Shown piece after piece: positions 1 through 7,491 of a stretch of 20,000 bases of DNA. Made by a program: the position numbers and the translations under genes. The DNA is taken from the NCBI GenBank assembly GCA_043754535.1, contig JAYUUN010000048.1:44484-64483 (forward strand), written 5' to 3'. Positions within the stretch are counted from its first letter, which is position 1. Every line of letters begins with the position of its first letter. The stretch is from Chloroflexota bacterium (GTDB lineage: Bacteria; Chloroflexota; Chloroflexia; QHBQ01). A model generated the notes under the pieces. The model had not been told where the DNA came from, did not search any database, and saw only the letters and a list, made by a program, of their open reading frames with translations.

Positions 1-2
1 AG

Positions 3-311
3 GCGACGGCGGAGAACGCTGGCGCAGCTATTGGCGTGATCGAGCATCGGCTGAGCAAGCAAGGCCTGGAAGCGGGCAAGCTCGGCTGGAACGTTGACGC
101 AACTGGCAGCATCAAGAGCGGCGACATGGTAAGCGTGATCGTCCTCGGCCAGGCGCAGATGAAGGTCGGCAATGCCGCCATCGGCGACCGCCTGACCATC
201 GGCGCGAACGGCCTGACCGTGAGCAAGGATGCCTCCGCCTTCACCATCGGCAAGGTCGCCAGCAAGCCAGACGCTAGCGGCAACACCACCGTCTTCGTCA
301 ACTTCAAGTAG
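3..311 (+). CDS. 3' end of a 5'-truncated, probably surface or fibre-like protein
   Basis: The frame is open from position 3 (ATAENAGAAIGVIEHRL...) to TAG at 309-311. The C-terminus GDMVSVIVLG...IGDRLTI...FTIGKVASKPDASGNTTVFVNFK resembles the terminal 'GDxLT...IGKA...V.V' beta module of tail-fibre-like/autochaperone proteins (recognised from memory, not searched). Confidence 0.7.
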   Translation, partial: ATAENAGAAIGVIEHRLSKQGLEAGKLGWNVDATGSIKSGDMVSVIVLGQAQMKVGNAAIGDRLTIGANGLTVSKDASAFTIGKVASKPDASGNTTVFVNFK

Positions 312-340
312 CTCGCCCCAGCGCAAGAAAGGAAAGTGCG

Positions 341-1483
341 ATGCGAAACACACGCACCCGTGGTCGCCCGCTGGGAGCCAGCCTGCTCGGAGTAGTGATG
401 ACCCTAGTCGTGGTCGGTTCGGTACTAGCAGCTAGCTCTGCCAACTTCGCCATCAACTGGTCGCAGACGGGGGCTGGCGGCGGCGAGGGTCGCAGTTCGG
501 CCAGCTACCGCCTGAGCAGCTTCACCGTCGGCCAGGCCGTCGCGGGTAACGCCAGCAGTGCCAACTTCCGGGCTGCAATGGGCTACCAGCAGGTCAACGC
601 CGCCAACGGCGCGGGAGCCACCCAGACCGCAGTAGCCGGGGCCACCCAGACCGCAGTAGCCGGAGCAACCCAGACCGCAGCAGTCGGGGCAACCGGCACC
701 GCAGTGGCAGCCACCCAGACCGCAGTAGCTGGGGCTAATCCTGCCACCCAGACGGCAGTAGCCGCCACCGCAACGGCTGCCTCTGGCACCGCAGTGGCAC
801 AGACAGCTACTTCGGTAGCCCAGACCGCCACCGCCGCCGTGCCTACCAACACCCCTGGTGGTAGCCCAACCGCCACCGCCACCCAGTGCAGTATCACATT
901 CACTGACGTGCCAACCACTAACATCTTCTACGGCGACATCACCTACCTGGCCTGTCGCGGTATCGTCAACGGCACCGGCGGCGGCAACTTCAGCCCCAAC
1001 GCCAACACCAGCCGCGGCCAGTTTGCCAAGATCGCTGCGCTCGGCTTCGGGATCGCCCCCTTCACCCCGGCTAGCGGCCAGAGCTTCAGCGATGTACCGC
1101 CCGGCTACATCTTCTACACCTTCATCGAAACCGCCTTCCACGCAACCGTGGTTAACGGCCTGACTACTACCCAGTGCAACAACCTGGGCGTGATGCCGCC
1201 TTGCTACGGCCCGAACGTCAACATCACGCGAGCGCAGGTCGCTGCTATCGTGCAGCGGGCGCGCAACTACACCGTCGTCACCCCAGCTGGTGGCGCGCAG
1301 ACCTTCACCGACGTGCCAACCAGTAACTTCGCCTTCAACGCGGTGGAGACGCTGGCTAGCCGCAATATCATCAACGGCGCAGCCTGCGCTGGCGGTGGTG
1401 GCCTCTGCTTCCGCCCGAACGACAACATCAAGCGGGGCGAGCTGTCGAAGGTCGTACGCCGCGCCATCGAATCGCTACCCTTA
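341..1483 (+). CDS. Secreted SLH-domain protein, about 380 aa: signal peptide, small beta domain, Ala/Thr repeat linker, three SLH motifs. Probable true end is at 1480-1484, not 1663
   Basis: AAGG before ATG; hydrophobic signal sequence (LLGVVMTLVVVGSVLA); SLH motifs FTDVP...LACRGIVNG...TSRGQFAK, FSDVP...ITRAQVA and FTDVP...IKRGELSK. Homology to the 2810-5551 paralogue stops at AIESLP (paralogue AIEQAP*). The 1484-1663 extension runs through a terminator and into the opposite gene. Confidence 0.9.
614..730 (+). repeat. Coding tandem repeat, 24-bp unit (GATQTAVA), about 5 degenerate copies
   Basis: ggagccacccagaccgcagtagcc / ggggccacccagaccgcagtagcc / ggagcaacccagaccgcagcagtc / ggggcaaccggcaccgcagtggca / gccacccagaccgcagtagct; decayed copies continue to about 840. 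Confidence 0.9.
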
Positions 1484-1496
1484 GCCACAGCAAACG

Positions 1497-1532
1497 AAGC
1501 CCCCTCCTCCGCAAGGGAGAGGGGGCTTTTGT
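1497..1532 (+). terminator. Rho-independent terminator between convergent SLH and DsbA genes
   Basis: Perfect 10-bp stem AAGCCCCCTC (1497-1506) / GAGGGGGCTT (1519-1528), followed by a T-rich tail TTGTTGTTG. Confidence 0.9.
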
Positions 1533-1549
1533 TGTTGCCGCTCAAGTCT

Positions 1550-2086
1550 TTAGCGCACCATCGCCTGCTCAATCGCCGCCGTCATCGCCGCAAAGTCGCG
1601 TTCGCCCGCATAACGTTGACCGTTGATAAAGAAGGTGGGGGTGCCATTCACCCCAGCGCGTAGCCCTGCTCGGAAGCCATCCTTGATCGGCTGGGTGTAG
1701 CGGCCATCAGCCAGGGCTGCATCAAACGCTGCCAGGTCGAGACCAAGCTCACCTGCATAGCGGTCGAGGTCAGCCCGCTCCAGGTGCTGCTGGTTCTCGT
1801 ACAGCTTGTGGAACAGCGGCCAGAACGCACCTTGCGCCGCAGCCGCCTCGCTTGCTTCAGCAGCTAGCTGGGCATGGGGGTGTGCGCTGGGGATCGGGAA
1901 GTGGCGGAAGACGAAGCGCAGGCGGTCGCCAAAGTGGGCGCGCACACGCTCAACAACCGGGTGCGCCTCACCGCAAAGTTGGCACTCAAGGTCGCCATAC
2001 TCCACCATCGTCACTGGCGCATCCTGCGGGCCGAGGCTGTGGTCGGCCTCCGTCACAGGCGGCAGCGGGCGGGCAGTAAGGCTCAT
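1550..2086 (-). CDS. DsbA-family thioredoxin-fold oxidoreductase without signal peptide
   Basis: GPQDAPVTMVEYGDLECQLC (CxxC), FRHFP, AAEASEAA..QG.FW and GVNGTPTFFING (cis-Pro loop). ATGA overlap with the upstream peroxiredoxin stop. Confidence 0.93.
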   Translation of the reverse strand: MSLTARPLPPVTEADHSLGPQDAPVTMVEYGDLECQLCGEAHPVVERVRAHFGDRLRFVFRHFPIPSAHPHAQLAAEASEAAAAQGAFWPLFHKLYENQQHLERADLDRYAGELGLDLAAFDAALADGRYTQPIKDGFRAGLRAGVNGTPTFFINGQRYAGERDFAAMTAAIEQAMVR

Positions 2087-2568
2087 TTGGAGTTCACGCC
2101 CCCCTGCTGCTCCAGGGTCTCGAACACCTTAGTCACCTCTGGCACCACCCCCCGGTTCGCGCCCTCATCGCGCATCAGCACCTTGCCATCCTTGTCCAGC
2201 ACGATGGTGACGCGGTTGGCTGCCCCGTCTGGGTTGGCGACCCCAAAGGCAGCGATGGTCTTGCCGCCCCAGTCGCTGAGGATGGGGAAGCTGAGGTGCA
2301 TTTGCTCGGCCCAAGCCTTGTGGCTGAAGATGCTGTCGGCACTGATGCCGATCACCTGCGCGTCATACTGCTCAAACTCTGGCAGCACTTCTTGGATGAT
2401 GTTAAGCTGGCTGGTGCAAGGACCACTCCAATCGAATGGGTAGAAGATGATTACTGCTGGGCGGCCCTTAAGGTCGCTGAGGCCCATCTCGCCGCCGGTG
2501 CTGCTCTTTAGCTTGAAGTCGGGGGCGTTATCACCCACCTTGAGCGTAGCCTTCTGCTGTTCGTCCAT
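2083..2568 (-). CDS. Peroxiredoxin (AhpC/TSA family, 1-Cys AhpE-like)
   Basis: LKVGDNAPDFKL, FYPFDWSGPC (PxxxS/TxxC), GISADS..SHKAWA, FPILSD and the conserved Arg (NRVTIVLDKDG). Only one Cys. AGGAG RBS upstream. Confidence 0.93.
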   Translation of the reverse strand: MDEQQKATLKVGDNAPDFKLKSSTGGEMGLSDLKGRPAVIIFYPFDWSGPCTSQLNIIQEVLPEFEQYDAQVIGISADSIFSHKAWAEQMHLSFPILSDWGGKTIAAFGVANPDGAANRVTIVLDKDGKVLMRDEGANRGVVPEVTKVFETLEQQGGVNSK

Positions 2569-2638
2569 TGTTGCGGGAACTCCTTTCGGGTATGGGTGGC
2601 GGCAACGCTGCCCGCCACCAGCACAGTTGACTGGCTGA

Positions 2639-2668
2639 ATTATAGCACATCAGGCCGCCCGCCCGCCA
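2639..2668 (-). promoter_or_regulatory. Sigma-70 promoter for the prx-dsbA operon
   Basis: Minus strand TTGGCG-18 nt-TATAAT with extended TGn (TGCTATAAT). Confidence 0.65.
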
Positions 2669-2686
2669 AACTGCCAGAGAAGATAG

Positions 2687-2715
2687 TTGCCGCCCCGCTT
2701 AGACGATGATATAAT
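2687..2715 (+). promoter_or_regulatory. Sigma-70 promoter for the M14-SLH gene
   Basis: TTGCCG (2687-2692), 17 nt, TATAAT (2710-2715), with TG at 2707-2708. Confidence 0.75.
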
Positions 2716-2809
2716 TGCGGCTACCACTAACGCCGTACCCCCAACAGTGACCGCCACATTTGTCAGCCGCTAACCAGCCCAGGTACCCATAAAAGGAGAA
2801 GTAAACAGT

Positions 2810-5551
2810 ATGACTCGTCGGTACAAGATCGCCTGGGCGTTGCTCGCCCTCGCTCTGGTTCTCAATGTCAGCCTTGCCCTGCTGCTAGCAGGGGGGCCAG
2901 GTTTCGCCAGTGGGCAGGGCTTCAACGGCCAGCCCCCCAACCCTGCTGTAGTCGTGGTCAAGGTACGCTTCAAGGATGACCGCGAACGCGACTTGCTGGC
3001 CGTGCGCTGGGGGGCTGACGAGGTTAGCACCAGGGGCGGCTATCTGACCATCTGGGCCAGCCAGCCACAGTACGAGCAGATGGTAGCGGCGGGGCTGAAC
3101 CTGACGGTGGACAAGCCGCTGACCGACCTGGCGAACCACCCCAAGAAGCTATTTGGCAAGGCCAGTGCTGGCGACAGCCCCTGCCCCGCCGACAACTACT
3201 GTGGGGGCTACCGCACAGTCGAGGAGATGCAGAGCTTCCTGGATCAAATGGCGGCCACCTACCCCAACCTGAGCGAGAAGGTGGACTACGGCAACTCCTG
3301 GTGCAAGGATCGCGCGGGTAGCTGCACCTTGCCCAGCCCCTACAGCGGCTACGACCTGCTGGCGATGCACATCACCAACCGCAATATTGCTGGCCCCAAA
3401 CCAGTCTTCTGGTATGAGGCGGGCATCCACCCCCGCGAGATAGCGGTCAGCGAGGTGGCGATGAACTACATCCAGTATCTACTTAGTAGCTACAACACCA
3501 ATGCGGATGCGCGCTGGCTGATAGACTACCACGACATCTGGGTAGTGCCAATGAGCAACCCCGACGGCCACCACATCGTTGAGGCGGCGGGCAGCGGCAA
3601 TGCTTACTATCAGCGCAAGAATGCCAACAACACGGCCAACAACCAGGGCCAGACCTGCACCACCTGGCCGCCGAGCGCAAGCAGTCAGTTTGGCGTGGAT
3701 ATGAACCGCAACTATCCCTTCCAGTGGGGTGCTGCGCCCGGTGGCAGCAGCAATGCCCCCTGCGACCAGACCTATCGCGGCCTCAGCGGTGGCTCGGAGC
3801 CAGAGGGTGCCTACGAACTGAACAAGATTCGCCAACTGGTTGCCGACCAGCGCGGTCCGGCCCTGACCGACGCGGCCCCGCTAACCACCACTGGCCTGCT
3901 GCAAAGTATGCACTCTAATGCCGCCCTCAACCTCTACCCCTGGGGTTGGTCGGTGCAGGGAACGGCTACCTACCGCGCCCCTAACTACCTGGATATTGAC
4001 AACATTGCCCAGCACATGAGCGCGCCCGCCGCTGGCGGCAACAACTATCAATCCTGCCAGTCGCCCGAACCCAACTGCCTCTACACCGTAGACGGTAGCA
4101 TCCGCGACTGGGCCTATGGCGAACTGGGCATCCCGGCGATCACCACCGAACTCGACGGGGCAGCCTTCTTCGTATCGCTGGCCGAGGCCAACCAACTCTG
4201 GCTCGACAACAAGGCGATGCTAATCAACCTGGCAAAGTCGGTACGTGCGCCCTATCTGCTGACGCACGGGCCAGACGCGAACAACGTGCCAAACGTAATC
4301 ACCGTCACCCAGGGCGTGAGTGCCAGCCTCAGCGCGAGCATCAACTTCCAGTGGGCGGGGCAGGGTAGCCATGTCAACCGCAACTTGCAAAATGTGGGGG
4401 CGGCCAGCTACTACATTGACACGCCGCCCTGGATCAGCAGCAGCGTGGCTATCAGCATGAACGCGACCGATGGTGCCTTTAACTCGCCGACCGAGGCAGT
4501 CAACGCGAGCATTGCCACTGGCAGCCTCAGCCCTGGCCGCCACATCGTCTTCGTGAGTGGGCGTGGGGCTACTGACTACGCTGGCTACCAGACGTGGGGG
4601 CCGATCTCTGCCGCCTTCCTCGACGTGACCAATGGTGGGGGCGGCCTGCCGACTGACACCCCCGCGCCACCAGCCCCCACCAGCACATCACTGCCAACCA
4701 TTACGCCAGCCCTGCCCACTGCCACCACCACAGCCCTGCCAAGTGCCACCCCAGCTTCGCCAACGACCACCCCAGGCCTGCCCACCGCCACTACCACCCC
4801 AGCAACCGCCACCAACACGCCAGCAACCGCTACTAGCACCCCTCCAACCACCGCCACTAGCACGCCAGCAACCGCTACTAGCACCCCTCCAACCACCACC
4901 ACTAGCACCCCAGCCCTGCCCACCGCTAGCAGCACAGTGGCCCAGCCAACGGCAACTACCACCCCCTGCACGGCCAGCTTCAACGACGTGCCGAGCGGTT
5001 ACATCTTCCACGACGACATCATCTTCCTCGCCTGTCGTGGGGTAATCAACGGCTTCCAGAACGGCAGCTTCCAGCCGAATGGCAACACAACGCGGGGGCA
5101 GTTCGCCAAGATCGCCACCCTCGGCTTCGGTATCGCTGCCTACACCCCGCAGGGCAACCCCACCTTCAGCGACGTGCCAGCCGCCAGCCCCTTCTACGGC
5201 TACGTGGAGAGTGCAGCCAACGCGAACGCAGTTAGTGGCCTGAGCAGCGGGCAGTGTAGCAGCCTCGGTCTGACCACCCCCTGCTACGGCCCCAACCTCA
5301 ACATCAGCCGCGTGCAGGTGGCAGTGATCGTCCAGCGCGTGCGGAACTACGCCGCCTACAACCCGACCAACCCCACCTTCAGCGACGTACCAGTGGGGTC
5401 GTTTGGCTATGCAGCCATCGAGTCGCTCAACCACGTGGGCGTAATCAGCGGGGCAGGCTGTGGCAATGGCCTCTGCTTCCGGCCCAATGACAATATCAGG
5501 CGTGGCGAGCTATCGAAGGTCGTCCACAAGGCTATCGAGCAGGCTCCGTAG
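2810..5551 (+). CDS. Secreted M14 zinc carboxypeptidase (carboxypeptidase T-like) with Pro/Thr linker and C-terminal SLH domains
   Basis: AGGAG RBS; signal peptide; Zn ligands GIHPRE and SMHS; NPDG, RKN, DMNRNY, SEPE; catalytic Glu in TTEL; three SLH motifs. Confidence 0.95.
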   Translation: MTRRYKIAWALLALALVLNVSLALLLAGGPGFASGQGFNGQPPNPAVVVVKVRFKDDRERDLLAVRWGADEVSTRGGYLTIWASQPQYEQMVAAGLNLTVDKPLTDLANHPKKLFGKASAGDSPCPADNYCGGYRTVEEMQSFLDQMAATYPNLSEKVDYGNSWCKDRAGSCTLPSPYSGYDLLAMHITNRNIAGPKPVFWYEAGIHPREIAVSEVAMNYIQYLLSSYNTNADARWLIDYHDIWVVPMSNPDGHHIVEAAGSGNAYYQRKNANNTANNQGQTCTTWPPSASSQFGVDMNRNYPFQWGAAPGGSSNAPCDQTYRGLSGGSEPEGAYELNKIRQLVADQRGPALTDAAPLTTTGLLQSMHSNAALNLYPWGWSVQGTATYRAPNYLDIDNIAQHMSAPAAGGNNYQSCQSPEPNCLYTVDGSIRDWAYGELGIPAITTELDGAAFFVSLAEANQLWLDNKAMLINLAKSVRAPYLLTHGPDANNVPNVITVTQGVSASLSASINFQWAGQGSHVNRNLQNVGAASYYIDTPPWISSSVAISMNATDGAFNSPTEAVNASIATGSLSPGRHIVFVSGRGATDYAGYQTWGPISAAFLDVTNGGGGLPTDTPAPPAPTSTSLPTITPALPTATTTALPSATPASPTTTPGLPTATTTPATATNTPATATSTPPTTATSTPATATSTPPTTTTSTPALPTASSTVAQPTATTTPCTASFNDVPSGYIFHDDIIFLACRGVINGFQNGSFQPNGNTTRGQFAKIATLGFGIAAYTPQGNPTFSDVPAASPFYGYVESAANANAVSGLSSGQCSSLGLTTPCYGPNLNISRVQVAVIVQRVRNYAAYNPTNPTFSDVPVGSFGYAAIESLNHVGVISGAGCGNGLCFRPNDNIRRGELSKVVHKAIEQAP
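4817..4906 (+). repeat. 45-bp coding tandem duplication in the Thr/Pro linker
   Basis: acgccagcaaccgctactagcacccctccaaccacc(g/a)ccactagc x2 with one mismatch (TPATATSTPPTT[A/T]TS). Confidence 0.9.
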
Positions 5552-5574
5552 CCCAGCAGAGTAGTAGCAACAGC

Positions 5575-5609
5575 AAGGAGGAGCGTGCAAAAGGGGTACG
5601 CTCCTCCTT
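5575..5609. terminator. Hairpin terminator between convergent M14-SLH and glycosyltransferase genes
   Basis: Perfect 12-bp stem AAGGAGGAGCGT (5575-5586) / ACGCTCCTCCTT (5598-5609). Confidence 0.85.
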
Positions 5610-5624
5610 CATTGTCGATGAGGG

Positions 5625-7433
5625 TAAGCGGGTGAGGTGGAACCAAGCGATGCCAATCAGCCCTCCCCCCTGCACCTGACCGCTGGCCGCCCAGTAGCCG
5701 CCCTCAGCGGCCTGTGCGGGGTGAGGAGCAAAGACCAGGGCTACCTGCCCGCTTGCGTCGGCCTGCACCGTGCCTAGCTGCGTCACTTGCTGGCTGGGGC
5801 TTGTCACCCACAGGCCGATGGTCGCGCCGGGTGGGTAGCCGCTACCGTGCAGCTTGACGCGCCCTGGTTGCCCACTCTGCTGCTCAACTACCGCGCCGAG
5901 GGTCGCCTGCGGGCCGCTCAGAGCAATATGGTAGCGACCAAAGCGTAGTTCGCTAGCCCCAGTTGGCGGGTTTGAGTTGCCCGCCGTCTCGTCCACCAGC
6001 CAGAGGCGGGGGTGTGCGCTGCCAGCCACGGCGTTGAAGGTGGCGTTGTCGGTGAGGAAGATGAAGTTGTCGGGCTTGTTGCTGATCACCTGAAAGACAT
6101 ACTGCGCGTTGTGGCGGTCACTACTGGCAGGCGGCAGGTTGACCACTACGCGGCTGTCGGGTGGTAGGCTACCAGCGGCGAAGCGGGCGCGCAGGTAGCC
6201 AGCAACGGCCTGGGTATCGCGGTCCGGGAAGCTCTCGCGGCGGGCAAGGGTACGGTCGAAGCTGTAGACGAATACGCTGGCGAACACTAGCCCGCTGACC
6301 ATCAATAGCACGGGCCGCAGCCAGCCGCCGTGAGCGCGTAGCCAACTGCTCCGTAGGGGCAAGTCTAGCAGGTAGGCAACAAAGGGTAGGAGCAGCAGCA
6401 GCAGAGAGACCAGGTAGCGGTCGCTGCCTGCCCCGATGTTGTTGTAACGGGCGGTAATCAGGATGAAGAAGACCGCTTCGCCGAGCAGCAGCGCAACGTA
6501 GGCGAACAACCGCCTGCTGCGCTCGATGCCAGCCGCCACCGCCACCCCGACCAGCAGCAGCCCGCTGATTGGCGGGGCGAGGGCGAGAAACAGAGCGGGA
6601 TAGAAGGTTAGCTTCGTCCACCAATCGCTTTGCGCGGCGGCGGGTGACCAATCGCTGTTGATTTGGCTGGTCGCCTTCGCAAAAGCCAGTGGGTCGCCCA
6701 GAGTCAGCGCACTCGCGCCCAACCAAAGGGCGATGAAGCTAAACGGCAGCAGGGCGACCAGCAGCAACTTCAGGGTTTGCAGGCGGGCTGCTGGCCCAGC
6801 AACCACACCGCTTGCCAGCCGCCGCTTCCTGTACTGCTCGGCGAAATAGAAGGCGGGCAGCGTCACCGCGAAAGCCAGGGCGTAGAACCAGGCTTCGTAG
6901 CGCACCATCGTTGCCAGGGCGATCAGCACCGCCGCGCCGAGAGCAGACCGCAGGCGATTGCTGCTGGCCCAGGCCACCACGAGCAGAGCCGCGCCACTAA
7001 GCAGCAGGTGCGATATGCTTTCCGACATCCCGCTGAGGCCGAACCAGACCTCCCAGGGGAAGACCGCCGCTAGCAACGCCGTCAGGTAGCCAACGCGCTC
7101 ACCGAACAGGGCGCGACCGAGCAGCAACAGATTGGCGAGGGTGCCGAAGCTACAGAGCAGGTTGACGAGGCGCGGGGCGAGGTAGAGGTTGTCCCAAAAG
7201 TGGATCACGCCGCCAACCAACCAGAAGTGCAGCGGCAACCACACCCCTACCTCAAAGCTGGGCTGCTGCTGCCACTGCCAGGCGTGGACGGTGCGGGTGA
7301 AGCCGTCGGCGTTGTAGTCTAGATAGCCGCGCTGGGCGGTGAGAACGAGTAGCAGAGAGCGCAACAAGACCGCTAGCGCGTATACCGCCAGCAGTCTCCG
7401 CCCCAGGCTCAACTTCGACCATGCTGCTCTCAC
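5625..7433 (-). CDS. GT-C fold membrane glycosyltransferase (ArnT/PMT-like) with a C-terminal Ig-like domain; probable true end is near 5625, not 5532
   Basis: Multiple TM helices, acidic first loop (YNADGFTR), WLPLHFW, MSES, RYEAW and DRYL motifs. The C-terminal beta domain (LHGSGYPPGATIGLWVTSP...ADASG...GYWAASG...IAWFHLTR) ends at an in-frame TTA (5627-5625). The remaining 31 or so codons cross the terminator and overlap the opposite gene. Confidence 0.8.
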
Positions 7434-7491
7434 CCCCCATTGTAACGGCTGGCTGGGGCTAACGTCAAGGCGGCAGGGGGTGGCCGTAAGG

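Noticed and set aside
614..840. Repeats considered as a CRISPR array or mobile-element ends (also 4800-4910)
   Set aside because: Units are in frame, lack unique spacers, vary at synonymous positions and encode Ala/Thr/Pro linkers. No cas or transposase genes are present.
1484..1663. C-terminal 60-aa extension of the 440-aa SLH ORF
   Set aside because: It crosses a terminator, overlaps dsbA antisense by 114 bp and is absent from the paralogue.
2083..2568. Possible selenocysteine in the peroxiredoxin or DsbA
   Set aside because: Active-site codons are Cys and there is no in-frame TGA at those positions.
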